A DNA stretch of 64,000 nt, taken from positions 172 through 64,171 of the forward strand of contig JAICMO010000002.1 of assembly GCA_025929185.1 (NCBI GenBank), given 5' to 3'. The translations under genes were made by a program, and so were the position numbers. Shown one piece after another: positions 38,900 to 47,993 of this stretch; the first letter of the stretch is position 1, and every line of letters starts with the position of its first letter. Origin of the DNA: Pseudolabrys sp. GTDB lineage: Bacteria; Pseudomonadota; Alphaproteobacteria; Rhizobiales; Xanthobacteraceae. Below the pieces are notes generated by a model. That model had not been told where the DNA came from. It saw nothing but the letters and a program-made list of their open reading frames with translations, and ran no database searches.

Positions 38900-39769
38900 T
38901 CAGTGACGGGCGACCTTTAAAACGATGCACGCCGCCCCGGCGCGCCTTATCTTGCCGCAAATCCCGTTCGCCTCCCCTCTGCTTTCCGCCCCAATGCGGG
39001 CCTGGAACAGCGGACGCGTGCCACGGCTTCGCAAGGTCGTGCTGGTTACGACCGGGTCATGCGCCCCGATCAAAGTCGAAAGCTTGTCCATGAGGCGCGC
39101 GTACATGGCCAGCACGTGTGTGCGAGAGAAGCCGGCCGCGAGTTCGACGCCCCATGGCTTGCCGATCGCCTTCGCTACGCGATCTCTCAGCTCGTAGAAG
39201 AAGCGACTCGGTCCCTCCTGCAAGGACGCCACGAGCTTGAGACAGTTCGTTTCGGGCACCACCATGTCCACGTGGCCTGCCTGCGCCCAATCGTCAACGC
39301 TGCGGCCGGTGATGGCCTCGACATAACGCCGCGTCTCTATCGGCATGCCGCGCGCGCCATCAAGCCATCCGCGCACACGCCCCGGCCCGGCATTGTATGC
39401 AGCCGCGGCGAGCCCGAGATTGCCGAATTCGTCGCGCAAATCACGTAGATATTCGGCGGCCTTGGGCAGCGCTTGCACCGGGTCGAAGGGGTCAGCAAGA
39501 TCACGATCCAACGCAGTGCTGCGCATAAACTGAGCGATGCCTTCAGCGTGAGCACCGGTGCGCGTCGCCGGGCCAATCGCCTGCGGATCGAAGCGGCTCT
39601 CCCGCCAAATGACGCGCACCAGAAAGCCGAGCGGCAAATCGTTGGCACGCGCGGCGGACTCCAGCATCAAGCAAAGGGAAGAGTCCGATGCCGTTGCCGC
39701 CGCCCGCTTTCCACCGGCAAGCAGCGACACAATGGCGAGAACGATTACGAGTGCGCGAAAGCGGCGCAT
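38900..39769 (-). CDS. Lytic transglycosylase (SLT domain) with C-terminal SPOR-like domain
   Basis: Signal peptide MRRFRALVIVLAIVSLLAGG. The SLT catalytic region is VIWRESRFDPQAIGPATRTGAHAEGIAQFM...AAAAYNAGPGRV. The C-terminal about 80 aa are SPOR-like (WGVELAAGFSRTHVLAMYARL...QARIGAESRGEANGICGKIRRAGAACIVL). Start chosen at ATG 39769. Confidence 0.8.
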   Translation of the reverse strand: MRRFRALVIVLAIVSLLAGGKRAAATASDSSLCLMLESAARANDLPLGFLVRVIWRESRFDPQAIGPATRTGAHAEGIAQFMRSTALDRDLADPFDPVQALPKAAEYLRDLRDEFGNLGLAAAAYNAGPGRVRGWLDGARGMPIETRRYVEAITGRSVDDWAQAGHVDMVVPETNCLKLVASLQEGPSRFFYELRDRVAKAIGKPWGVELAAGFSRTHVLAMYARLMDKLSTLIGAHDPVVTSTTLRSRGTRPLFQARIGAESRGEANGICGKIRRAGAACIVLKVARH

Positions 39770-39855
39770 GATCCATCCAAAATGAACTTGGGCGGCCCGT
39801 CGTTCCAACCCACGCTGCCGCGATGAGGGCCGCCAGGAGGGACCTGGCGGGCAGC

Positions 39856-40809
39856 CTATCTGTTCGTCCACACCGGCAGCGCGCCGCCTCGCTGGCCGGC
39901 TACCGCCCAGTCCACAAAACGCCCAATTTCCTCAAGTGCGGATCGCGCTTCAGGCAGAACGGGCGCGAGCAAATGCCACACGTGCGGCATACGCGGCCAA
40001 ATCTGCAATACTGTTGGAATTTTCGCGGCGCGCAGTCTTTGCGCCATTCGAACGGCATCGTCACGCAGAACTTCGTCGCTGCCGACCTGGATCATAATCG
40101 CAGGAAGACCGGAAAAATCGCCGTAAAGGGGGGAGGCGTACGCATTGCGCGGATCGGCGGCGGCAAGGTAATCGGCGGCAAACACCGGAATATCATCGGC
40201 ATTGATCATCGGATCGGCTTCTGCATTCGTGGCCAGCGAAACGCCCGTCAAAGCGAGATCGGTCCAGGGCGAGAGCGCGACGGCGGCGGCCGGGAGCACG
40301 ATTCCGTCATCGCGCAGCTTGAGCAGCAGCGCGAGCACAAGCCCGCCGCCGGCGGAATCGCCCACGACGGCAATGCAACGCGGATCGGCTCCCTCGGTCA
40401 GCAGCCAGAGATAGGAGGTCACAGCATCGTCCAGGGCGGCCGGAAACGGATGCTCCGGCGCAAGCCGGTAGTCGGGCACGAGCACGCGCGCGCGCGCCGT
40501 TCTGGCGATACGCCAGGTGAAATGCCGGTAAGTGGATGGCGCTCCAACTCTGTACGCGCCGCCGTGCAGGTAAAGGACATGGCGGCTCGGGCGCGAATCC
40601 GGCGTCACCACCATGTCCGCTCTCACGTCGCCGACGTGGATCTTGTGCGTTTGCGTGCTGCGCGGCGGATGCGGAATCAAAATTTCCATTGCGCGGAAAC
40701 GATGCCGCGTTTGCGCAACCCCCTTGTGCCGTCCGGTTCGCTTGACAAACCAGCGCAGCCCCAAACGCGCCAATTCCGCGCGCCAACTGATCCGATGGTC
40801 CGGTTTCAC
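39856..40809 (-). CDS. Alpha/beta hydrolase, hormone-sensitive-lipase family (family IV esterase/lipase, Abhydrolase_3)
   Basis: Oxyanion motif LYLHGGAY, nucleophile elbow VVGDSAGGGL, later GSDEVLRDD and PHVWH. The GTG start overlaps the upstream ATPase stop (GTGA at 40806-40809). There is no obvious signal peptide. Confidence 0.85.
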   Translation of the reverse strand: MKPDHRISWRAELARLGLRWFVKRTGRHKGVAQTRHRFRAMEILIPHPPRSTQTHKIHVGDVRADMVVTPDSRPSRHVLYLHGGAYRVGAPSTYRHFTWRIARTARARVLVPDYRLAPEHPFPAALDDAVTSYLWLLTEGADPRCIAVVGDSAGGGLVLALLLKLRDDGIVLPAAAVALSPWTDLALTGVSLATNAEADPMINADDIPVFAADYLAAADPRNAYASPLYGDFSGLPAIMIQVGSDEVLRDDAVRMAQRLRAAKIPTVLQIWPRMPHVWHLLAPVLPEARSALEEIGRFVDWAVAGQRGGALPVWTNR

Positions 40810-41552
40810 GATCCGCCGGCCGCCCGCAGCCGCGGTGGGCCGGTGCCGGATCGCTCGTCTACCAGACGGCCGTCGGCAATGGAGATTATCCGATCGGCGA
40901 AGGGCATCAGGCGCGGATCATGCCCCACGACCAGGACACCGCGTTTTGCCTCTTTGGCAAGGGTGGAGAGGATGGTCATGACCGATTGACCGTTTTCGCC
41001 GTCGAGGGCCGCCGTCGGCTCGTCCGCGAGTACGGCCGATGGATCGGAAACGATGGCGCGCGCAATGGCGACGCGTTGCTGCTCACCGCCGCTGAGTTCG
41101 CGCGGCGTCGCTGCAAATTTCTCGGCAAGACCGACGCGCACCAACGCATGCCGGGCGCGACTTTCCGCATCGTTGCCGCGCCGTCCGCGCACATCGAGAG
41201 CGAGCTGGACATTCTCGAGCGCCGTGAGCGTCGAAAACAAATGATAAGATTGAAAGATGAAGCCGACGTGCTCTCGTCGCAGCCGTGCGAGCTCTTCCGC
41301 ATCGGCACCCGCCGTGGATTTGCCGCAGACCGAAACCGCTCCGACGGTCGGCGTCAGCATGCATCCGAGCACCGAAAGCAATGTGGTTTTTCCGCTGCCA
41401 GACGGCCCCATCAACAACGCCAATTCGCCGGCGCGTAGCGTAAAATTCACGTCTTTCAGCGCGCGAACCTTGGCTGCGCCGCTGCCGAGAACCTGCGTAA
41501 GGCCCTTCGCCTCGAGGACAGGCTGGGCCATTGCGTAAAGATTGCGGCTCAT
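40806..41552 (-). CDS. ABC transporter ATP-binding protein (MacB/LolD/DevA type)
   Basis: Walker [19 protein letters not shown], signature [15 protein letters not shown], Walker [11 protein letters not shown]. The start overlaps the permease stop (ATGA at 41549-41552). Confidence 0.9.
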   Translation of the reverse strand: MSRNLYAMAQPVLEAKGLTQVLGSGAAKVRALKDVNFTLRAGELALLMGPSGSGKTTLLSVLGCMLTPTVGAVSVCGKSTAGADAEELARLRREHVGFIFQSYHLFSTLTALENVQLALDVRGRRGNDAESRARHALVRVGLAEKFAATPRELSGGEQQRVAIARAIVSDPSAVLADEPTAALDGENGQSVMTILSTLAKEAKRGVLVVGHDPRLMPFADRIISIADGRLVDERSGTGPPRLRAAGGS

Positions 41553-42682
41553 CGGGTAAACACCATGACGGGATCAATCCGCAGGACACGCAAGATGGCG
41601 GCGAACGCCGAAGCAATGCACATCGCGACCGTAAGGCCGAAAATTGCGGCGATGAGCGCCGGCGTGATGACGACAGGAAGTGCGCCCTTGGTGGTCACTT
41701 CCACGACGATGAACCCGATCACGGCCGCAAAGCAGAAGCCGATGGCCGCGCTCAGAAGCGCCTGATAAATGATGACGCGGTAAATGTACGCGTTCGACGA
41801 GCCAAGCGCCCTCAGCGTGGCAAATTCGTCGATGTGGTCCTTGGTGCTCGAGTAAAGCGTCTGCGCGACAATTACGGTGCCGACGATGAGGCCGAGCAGC
41901 GCGCCGGCGAACAGCGCAGCGCCTGCGCCGGTACCGAACAGCCAGAAATTGCGGCTGCGGTCGCGGAACGCCGCCCGCGTCAGCGCTTCGGTGCTGGGAA
42001 TTGCCGAATGCAACGCACGTTGCACCTGCGCCACGTCGGCGCCGGGTTTCAACTTGACCAGCAGATAACTGAGCTTGTTTGATGGAACGCCGGTGTAGTC
42101 GCGCGCACGCTTGAGGTCGGCGAAGACATAGGGCGTCGTCGTGAAAGAACGGATGCCATCCGTGACCGCCGAAACACGGACAGGCCTGCCTCGCAGATCT
42201 GCTGTCGAGCCGATGCCACTTACGCCCAAGCGCTTAAAATAGGTTTGGTCGACGGCAACAGCCTTATCGTTAGCGAGCGCCTTGATCGATCCGGCCGTGA
42301 CGTTCCAGGGATGCAATCCGTTTGCATTCAAATCCGTGCCGACGACAAATACAGGCGTCATTTCGCCGCTCGGCAGCCGCCAATCCGAAAACCCAATCAC
42401 GACCGGAACGGCGCTCGCCACGCCGGCCGTGGCCAGTACGTCGTCGCGCACGTGCGCGTCGAGCAGCGACGGATCCTCGAAGCACTTCGTGCCCTGGCGG
42501 ACGATCCATAGGTCCGCTGAGGCATGATCGATCATCGTGCTCACGACTCGACCGAAACCGAGGTAAAGCCCCATCTGCACCAGCACCAGCACAACCGAAA
42601 ATACGATGCCCACCATTGTCGCCACGAAGCGGAGCCGATCGTGGAAGAGGTTGCGCAGCGCGAGCGTGAAGTTCAGCGGCAT
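41549..42682 (-). CDS. ABC transporter permease, FtsX/MacB-type (DevC-like), four TM with large periplasmic domain
   Basis: The opening MPLNFTLALRNLFHDRLRF is typical of FtsX-family permeases. One TM is followed by a periplasmic domain of about 200 aa and a C-terminal three-TM FtsX domain (FATLRALGSSNAYIYRVIIYQALL). Confidence 0.85.
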   Translation of the reverse strand: MPLNFTLALRNLFHDRLRFVATMVGIVFSVVLVLVQMGLYLGFGRVVSTMIDHASADLWIVRQGTKCFEDPSLLDAHVRDDVLATAGVASAVPVVIGFSDWRLPSGEMTPVFVVGTDLNANGLHPWNVTAGSIKALANDKAVAVDQTYFKRLGVSGIGSTADLRGRPVRVSAVTDGIRSFTTTPYVFADLKRARDYTGVPSNKLSYLLVKLKPGADVAQVQRALHSAIPSTEALTRAAFRDRSRNFWLFGTGAGAALFAGALLGLIVGTVIVAQTLYSSTKDHIDEFATLRALGSSNAYIYRVIIYQALLSAAIGFCFAAVIGFIVVEVTTKGALPVVITPALIAAIFGLTVAMCIASAFAAILRVLRIDPVMVFTR

Positions 42683-42694
42683 GTTGCGCTTTCT

Positions 42695-43903
42695 TCAGTT
42701 GGCGACGGGTTGAACCGGCTGTTTCGCGGAAAATGAAAGCGATCCACTGAAGACGCGCGAAAATCCCGCGACAATCATCCAGCTTGCAATCAAGGCGCCT
42801 AAGAACACGATTGCAGCCTTGACCGGAGCGGGCAGCCCGGCGTCGAGCAAGGCGTACTGCAACCACACGACGAAAACGTAGTGAATGAGATAGATGCCGT
42901 AGGCGTTTGCCGAAAGGCTATCGAGAATACGGTGATGCGCGCCGCCAAATCTCACGCATGCGGCGATCAGGAAGAGACCGCAAGCGGCGCAAGCGACGGG
43001 AAATGCCACGCTTGCAGCCAATTGCGAAGCAAACGCCGCATTGTCCCAATTCGGCATTGTCAGTGACGTCAGTCCCGCCCAGCAACAGAAGCACGCGACC
43101 GCGGCGGCCGCCCACGCGATCCAATGCCGACCGAGCGGCCCGGCAGGCGCGAACAAATCGCCACCGATGACAAATTTGCCCAGCGCAATCCCGGTGAAAA
43201 AATAGACCAAATAAAGCCCTGGCCGGCTAAATTGCAGTGCAAAGGGCCCGGACGAGGTCCAACTCAGCGGCGAATAGATGAGCGCAAGCGGCACGTAGGC
43301 AACAATCGAAGCCGCTACCAACAGCGCGAACAATCTCGTCGGACGGGCGCCGGCCCATTGGCCGAGCGCGCCGAGATAGTCCAGATATCGGGCCGCTAGA
43401 AAATAGAGCCCGGTCGCTATCGCGCTCAGAGCCAGAAGTTGCCACAAGAACCATTCAGGCCCGTTCGGCCAAAATGGAAGCGCCATCCATTGATCCAAAT
43501 ATCCGGAGAGACTTGGCGCAAGCGCGCGCGTTGCATAGGCCGGATAAAGCGCGAGCGGACTGAGAAACAGGATGGCGAGCGCAAACGGGATTCCGATGCG
43601 CCGCAATCGGTCAAGCAGATAGATCCAGCTTCCCTTGCGCCGCAAGCTGGGCGCCGTAAGCAAGCCCGCCATCAGGAACATCAGCGACATGAGACTTACG
43701 TCCTGCCAGGCACAAAATATGTCGAGCCCGAGGAAGCGATGCGTATCGACAACAGGGAATGCTTGCCACGTGTACGGCGGCTGATTAAAGCGCGACGGTT
43801 GCGAGGGAACCGAGACGAGATAGGCGAGCGACGAGTGGAAGGCCACGACGATAACAATGACGACCCCCCTGAGATTGCTTAAGGCCAGATTGGCTTTGGG
43901 CAT
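42695..43903 (-). CDS. Acyltransferase family 3 integral membrane protein (OafA/OatA/ExoZ/OpgC-like)
   Basis: The opening LRGVVIVIVVAFHSSLAY carries the conserved His of acyltransferase-3 proteins. It has about 10 TM segments and no fused SGNH domain. It ends 12 nt upstream of the permease gene. Confidence 0.8.
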   Translation of the reverse strand: MPKANLALSNLRGVVIVIVVAFHSSLAYLVSVPSQPSRFNQPPYTWQAFPVVDTHRFLGLDIFCAWQDVSLMSLMFLMAGLLTAPSLRRKGSWIYLLDRLRRIGIPFALAILFLSPLALYPAYATRALAPSLSGYLDQWMALPFWPNGPEWFLWQLLALSAIATGLYFLAARYLDYLGALGQWAGARPTRLFALLVAASIVAYVPLALIYSPLSWTSSGPFALQFSRPGLYLVYFFTGIALGKFVIGGDLFAPAGPLGRHWIAWAAAAVACFCCWAGLTSLTMPNWDNAAFASQLAASVAFPVACAACGLFLIAACVRFGGAHHRILDSLSANAYGIYLIHYVFVVWLQYALLDAGLPAPVKAAIVFLGALIASWMIVAGFSRVFSGSLSFSAKQPVQPVAN

Positions 43904-44151
43904 GAACCGCGGTCTCCCCTCCGCTCGTTGTCAGCACTACCTGAAGCCAAACGTTACATCCTTTCGAGAGTTCCAAACGGCGGAGCGTTGTCTGTCTCGG
44001 CAAAACAGGCTCAACATTTAATGCTCGCGCCAATGGTTGACGCAGCGAAAGGAACTCGGCGCCGGCGCGCATCCGCTCGTCGTTTCGTGAAAGAGCCATA
44101 TTTTTGCATTGAGTGATGCCGCGGGCTGGGTGCAGTGTCAGAGGACGTACC

Positions 44152-44739
44152 ATGAAGATGCGACTGACCACTTTGCTGCTCGCCGCGTGCGTAACGATGG
44201 GATCGTCGGGCGTCCGAGCCGAGACGGCACAGCAGCCAACCGTGGCCGGCCTTTGGGAAAAGACGAGCGATACCGGACGGCCGATCACGTGGTTCCTGTT
44301 CGTCAAGCACGACGGAGTCTACGAGGGCATCATCGCGAAGCTGTTTCCGCGGCCATACGATCCGCCAAATCCCATCTGCAGCCGATGTCAGGACGATCGG
44401 AAGGATCAGCCTCTTCTGGGCATGTCGTTTATCCGCGGCATGAAGCAGGACGGGCTGAGCTACGAGGACGGCAACATTCTCGATCCGCGTGACGGCAACA
44501 TATATCGCGCGCTGATGACGCTGAGCCCCGACGGCCAGACGCTCACAGTGCGCGGCTATTTGGGCATACCGCTGCTCGGAGCAAATGAAGTCTGGAAGCG
44601 GCTGCCCGACAAGGCCGCAGCAAATCTGGATCCGGCAATCCTGGCGAAGTATCTGCCTGAAGTCCTGTCTTCGCAGGATTACGCCTTAAGCGCTGCCCAA
44701 AATCACCCGACGAAGCGTCGACCACGCGCGGCGCACTGA
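44152..44739 (+). CDS. DUF2147 domain-containing secreted protein
   Basis: Signal peptide [26 protein letters not shown]2147-type blocks are [47 protein letters not shown]. Start chosen at ATG 44152. Confidence 0.8.
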   Translation: MKMRLTTLLLAACVTMGSSGVRAETAQQPTVAGLWEKTSDTGRPITWFLFVKHDGVYEGIIAKLFPRPYDPPNPICSRCQDDRKDQPLLGMSFIRGMKQDGLSYEDGNILDPRDGNIYRALMTLSPDGQTLTVRGYLGIPLLGANEVWKRLPDKAAANLDPAILAKYLPEVLSSQDYALSAAQNHPTKRRPRAAH

Positions 44740-44910
44740 TACACTCGACGCGCTTAAGCAGCTTTGCAGCATACCGCGCCTCACCAAAGGCGGTGATCAA
44801 AAGCCCTGCCTTGCGCGCACGATATCTGTCGCTAGACTTTGCAGCTTAAACGCGCGATGTCGGCGCGCCGCGGCAGCGCCAATAGCCGCGTTCGCAGCGC
44901 GGAGGCCGGG

Positions 44911-45816
44911 GTGCACATAATCTCAAGGTGCGATCGGACGACATTCCGGCAATGGGCTGCATCGCTCGCATCATTCACCGGTCAGATCGCAGTGGCGGTC
45001 GGCCTCGCCTGTAGCGCGCGCGCCGCAGAAATTGACACCGAGCACATGCTCGCCTTCATCACCGGAACGGACGTCGGGGACCCCGGAGAGAAGGAATTCG
45101 AGGCGGGCTTCACCGGACGGTTCGGCAGAGCGGCCGGCTCCTATACGGCGTTTAACAACGAATTGACGTTTCAATACACGCCGGCCAAAAACCTGACCGT
45201 TGAAATTTCGGCAGCCTCAAACGTTCATCACATCGAAAACGTTCCCGGATTGCAAAATCGGAATGCAATTGCGTTCGGCGGCCTCGGCGTCGGCCTCACC
45301 TATCGCTTTCTCGACCGTGCGGCGGGCGGCTTGGGGTTTGCCGCTATCGCAGAGCCACATTGGACGCGCGTCGATGATGACAGCGGCGAGCCGATCAACG
45401 GTTACGGGACCGATTTAGTCCTCGCGTTCGATAAGGACATTGTGCCGGATCGTTTGGTCGGCATCCTCAACCTCAGCATGGAGCCCGAAGCGTCACGATC
45501 GCGCATCGACGGCATCTGGTCGCGTGAAAACACCGCCGGTATCGGCGGCGGGCTGTTGCTGCGATTGAGCGATAATGTGTTTGGCGGAGTTGAGGGGCGT
45601 TATTTGCGCCGTTACGACGCCCTCGACTTCGGCGATTTTGCCGGCGAGGCCTTTTACCTGGGCCCTTCGGCTTCAATTGCCCTGTCGGAGCGCGCATGGC
45701 TGACATTGGGCTGGAGCAGGCAAATTGCAGGACGGGCAGCTGGCGGACATGGACCGCTGGACCTCGTGAATTTCGATCGACAGCAAGCACGTCTGGCCTT
45801 TGGCGTGACATTTTGA
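44911..45816 (+). CDS. Putative outer-membrane beta-barrel protein
   Basis: GTG 44911 is preceded by GGAGG at 5 nt. There is a signal-like segment ending ACSARA-AE, an alternating beta-strand pattern and the terminal residues AFGVTF. The family is not recognised with certainty. Confidence 0.5.
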   Translation: MHIISRCDRTTFRQWAASLASFTGQIAVAVGLACSARAAEIDTEHMLAFITGTDVGDPGEKEFEAGFTGRFGRAAGSYTAFNNELTFQYTPAKNLTVEISAASNVHHIENVPGLQNRNAIAFGGLGVGLTYRFLDRAAGGLGFAAIAEPHWTRVDDDSGEPINGYGTDLVLAFDKDIVPDRLVGILNLSMEPEASRSRIDGIWSRENTAGIGGGLLLRLSDNVFGGVEGRYLRRYDALDFGDFAGEAFYLGPSASIALSERAWLTLGWSRQIAGRAAGGHGPLDLVNFDRQQARLAFGVTF

Positions 45817-45862
45817 GCGGTTGCCAATCCGCGCTGACCAGCAGACGCCTGAAAAGCAAAGC

Positions 45863-45892
45863 GCCTTCCCGCCCACCGTCGAACGGGAAGGC
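45863..45892 (-). terminator. Rho-independent terminator candidate downstream of pqqA
   Basis: GCCTTCCCG (45863-45871) pairs with CGGGAAGGC (45884-45892) around a 12-nt loop. On the minus strand it is followed by the T-rich GCTTTGCTTTTC. It also lies 47 nt after the convergent + strand gene. Confidence 0.5.
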
Positions 45893-45967
45893 TGCTCAGA
45901 AACGAGCTAGCTGTTCAGGTTTGGTTTTCGCTCAGCGAATACCAGGTCCCAGGTGGATCAGGTCGGA

Positions 45968-46045
45968 TCAGAACTCGGCCGGAAGATAGCCGTTGATTTC
46001 CAAGCCGATGCAAATCTCGACCAATGTCGGAGTGGTCCAGGTCAT
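45968..46045 (-). CDS. pqqA: Coenzyme PQQ precursor peptide PqqA (25 aa), missed by the >=60 aa ORF track
   Basis: Hand translation of the minus strand gives MTWTTPTLVEICIGLEINGYLPAEF*. The conserved PqqA W..P...E...G.E...Y pattern is present, with Glu and Tyr in the cross-linking E-x-x-x-Y spacing (EINGY). The RBS GGAGGA lies 7 nt upstream. Confidence 0.8.
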   Translation of the reverse strand: MTWTTPTLVEICIGLEINGYLPAEF

Positions 46046-46080
46046 GGGTTTTCCTCCTCGGATCATCGCCACGCGCACAA

Positions 46081-46109
46081 AGTATACGTATCAGCCGTGC
46101 AAGTGACAA
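46081..46109 (-). promoter_or_regulatory. Near-consensus sigma70-type promoter candidate for pqqA (TTGTCA-N17-TATACT)
   Basis: On the minus strand, the -35 is TTGTCA (46109-46104) and the -10 is TATACT (46086-46081), with exactly 17 nt between them and about 35 nt to the pqqA ATG. The -35 sits in the loop of a hairpin (AGCCGTGC 46093-46100 / GCACGGCT 46112-46119) that follows the upstream gene stop. Confidence 0.45.
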
Positions 46110-46120
46110 CAGCACGGCTG

Positions 46121-47155
46121 CTATCCGGCTCCTGTCAGAGTTGATGCGAGGATCGCAAGCGCTGCGGCGGGCGCATTTGCAGCAGCAGCCGAGCGCATCT
46201 CCGGCACGACATTTAGCAAAGTTTCAAAGCCGACGCATTGGCGTCCCAGTCGGCGCGCCACCTCGCTCAGCACCGCACGGCCTATCCCGGCCGCAACGAT
46301 CGGTGCATCCGACGGAAGCTGTCCACGCGACAGCACCAGCATCGCACCATCCGTGATGACGCGAACCTGCGCCTCCGCAAACCATCGCGCAAGCGTTACC
46401 CATGCCCATTCGTCGGCGTCCTCACGATCGTGCCCGATCATCCGTGCCAATCTTGCCTGCGACGCCAGCACGGTCTTTTCGCGGTTGTCGGCAGTCACCA
46501 TCTGATCGGCTCCCTCGGGAAGACCGCCGAGAATCCGATGGACGTCGCCCATGTTCGAGAAATTTTCGTAGACGAGACGCGTCCACTGTCCCGCGAAAGG
46601 CGCCTTGTCGGCCGTCGCCATAATGAAGCTGCGGACCAGGCCGGTATAAACCAATTCGCCGCTCGCGAGACGTTCAGCATCCGTGTAGCCTTGCGCGACG
46701 ACCGCGCCGTTTGCGATTGGAATGATATCCGTCGTTGTCGAGCCGAGATCCATAAGTAACGCCGAACCAAGCCCTTTGGCGACGACCGAGGCGCTGGCGA
46801 GCCAGTTGGCGGACGCGATGTCGGCAACGTTTCGGGCTGCATCCACAGGCTTCACAAAGCCTGCGCGACCGGCATAAAGCAGTATGTCGCCTAATTCGCG
46901 CGCGGCTGTCGCGGTGAGGCTTACGACGCCTTCGGCGCGGGACGAAAATGTATCCGCCAGTTCGCCGGTCATGGTCACGGCATGGCAATTGGCCCGCCCC
47001 ATCCGTGCGCTTGCTTCTACGAAGGATTCGCTCAGACGCTCAAGTCCGAGCCGAAGGGGGGCAGCGAGTTGGATAGCCTCTGTGACCCGGCCGTTTTCCG
47101 CGCGCGCCGCTTTCAGATGCGCGCCGCCGATGTCCCACCCCACAACGACCGCCAT
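46121..47155 (-). CDS. Hydantoinase/oxoprolinase-like ATPase, H4MPT-linked C1-transfer pathway protein
   Basis: The opening MAVVVGWDIGGAHLKAA has an ASKHA-fold phosphate-1 motif, and a second ATPase motif is LMDLGSTTTDIIP. Genes of this type are a recognised component of methylotroph H4MPT islands. The start is ATG 47155 or 47176. Confidence 0.8.
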   Translation of the reverse strand: MAVVVGWDIGGAHLKAARAENGRVTEAIQLAAPLRLGLERLSESFVEASARMGRANCHAVTMTGELADTFSSRAEGVVSLTATAARELGDILLYAGRAGFVKPVDAARNVADIASANWLASASVVAKGLGSALLMDLGSTTTDIIPIANGAVVAQGYTDAERLASGELVYTGLVRSFIMATADKAPFAGQWTRLVYENFSNMGDVHRILGGLPEGADQMVTADNREKTVLASQARLARMIGHDREDADEWAWVTLARWFAEAQVRVITDGAMLVLSRGQLPSDAPIVAAGIGRAVLSEVARRLGRQCVGFETLLNVVPEMRSAAAANAPAAALAILASTLTGAG

Positions 47156-47241
47156 GCGACCACCCGCCCTGCGCATTTATGTCCGGCAGTTAAGAGCACG
47201 TCCTCTTGACGGGCAAGCTCGACTGGTGTGAGCACCCCGGC

Positions 47242-47964
47242 ATGCAGGTCATTCCGGTTATCGATCTCAAGGGCAGCGGTGTCGTTCACGCGCGGCGCGG
47301 CCAGCGCGAACTTTACCGGCCGATTGAAACGCCGCTGGCCCGCAGCAGTGATCCGGTCGACGTCGCGGCTGGACTGTTATCGCTCCATCCTTTCGACACG
47401 TTTTATGTCGCCGATCTCGATGCCATTGCCGGGACGGGAGACAACCGTATCGCGCTCGACGCGATAAAATGCGCCTTTCCGAACGTGAGTCTTTGGCTCG
47501 ACAACGGAATTGCCGACCTTCGGGCGGCAAAGAAGTGGTTGGACGAAGGCCTGGGCTATCTGGTTGCCGGAAGCGAGACGCAAACCGAGGCCGCCGTCGT
47601 CGAGCACTTCTCCAAAGACGAGCGCGTCGTACTGTCGCTCGACTTTCGCGGCAATGCGTTTCAAGGCCCGCCGGCTCTGCTTGCAAATCCGGAAATTTGG
47701 CCCAAGCGCGTAATCGTCATGACGCTCGACCGCGTCGGCAGCCATGCCGGTCCTGATCTCGAACGTCTTCGCGCGGTCAAGGACGCCGCCCCTGGCCGCG
47801 CGATCTATGCGGCGGGCGGCGTGCGTGATTGCGGCGATCTTCGCGCGCTCGCGCAGGCAGGCATCGCAGGAGCGCTTGTCGCCTCCAGCCTGCATAACGG
47901 CCACATTACGGCCGCCGGTCTTCAACGCCTGTCGCGCCAAGCGCGGCCGGCAAGCCGCCTTTAG
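47242..47964 (+). CDS. HisA/HisF-family (beta/alpha)8 barrel protein of the H4MPT gene island
   Basis: The opening MQVIPVIDLKGSGVVHARRG is typical of HisA/HisF-like barrels, and C-terminal phosphate-binding segments are YAAGGVRD..GIAGALVASSLHNG. It is divergent from the hydantoinase-like gene. Start chosen at ATG 47242. Confidence 0.75.
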   Translation: MQVIPVIDLKGSGVVHARRGQRELYRPIETPLARSSDPVDVAAGLLSLHPFDTFYVADLDAIAGTGDNRIALDAIKCAFPNVSLWLDNGIADLRAAKKWLDEGLGYLVAGSETQTEAAVVEHFSKDERVVLSLDFRGNAFQGPPALLANPEIWPKRVIVMTLDRVGSHAGPDLERLRAVKDAAPGRAIYAAGGVRDCGDLRALAQAGIAGALVASSLHNGHITAAGLQRLSRQARPASRL

Positions 47965-47993
47965 ACGGCTTGCCGTTGTTCTGCGGCTTCGCC

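Noticed and set aside
39823-40989. 388-aa plus-strand ORF
   Set aside because: It is antisense to the esterase (HGG/GDSAG motifs) and the ABC ATPase. Its composition is dominated by Arg/Gly/Ala and it has no motif.
44747-44856. Imperfect long-range inverted repeat (GACGCGCTTAAGCAGC ... GCAGCTTAAACGCGCG) and a duplicated CTTTGCAGC between DUF2147 and the beta-barrel gene
   Set aside because: Only about 12 of 16 positions pair, and the loop is about 80 nt. This is too weak to call a terminator, sRNA or mobile-element end.
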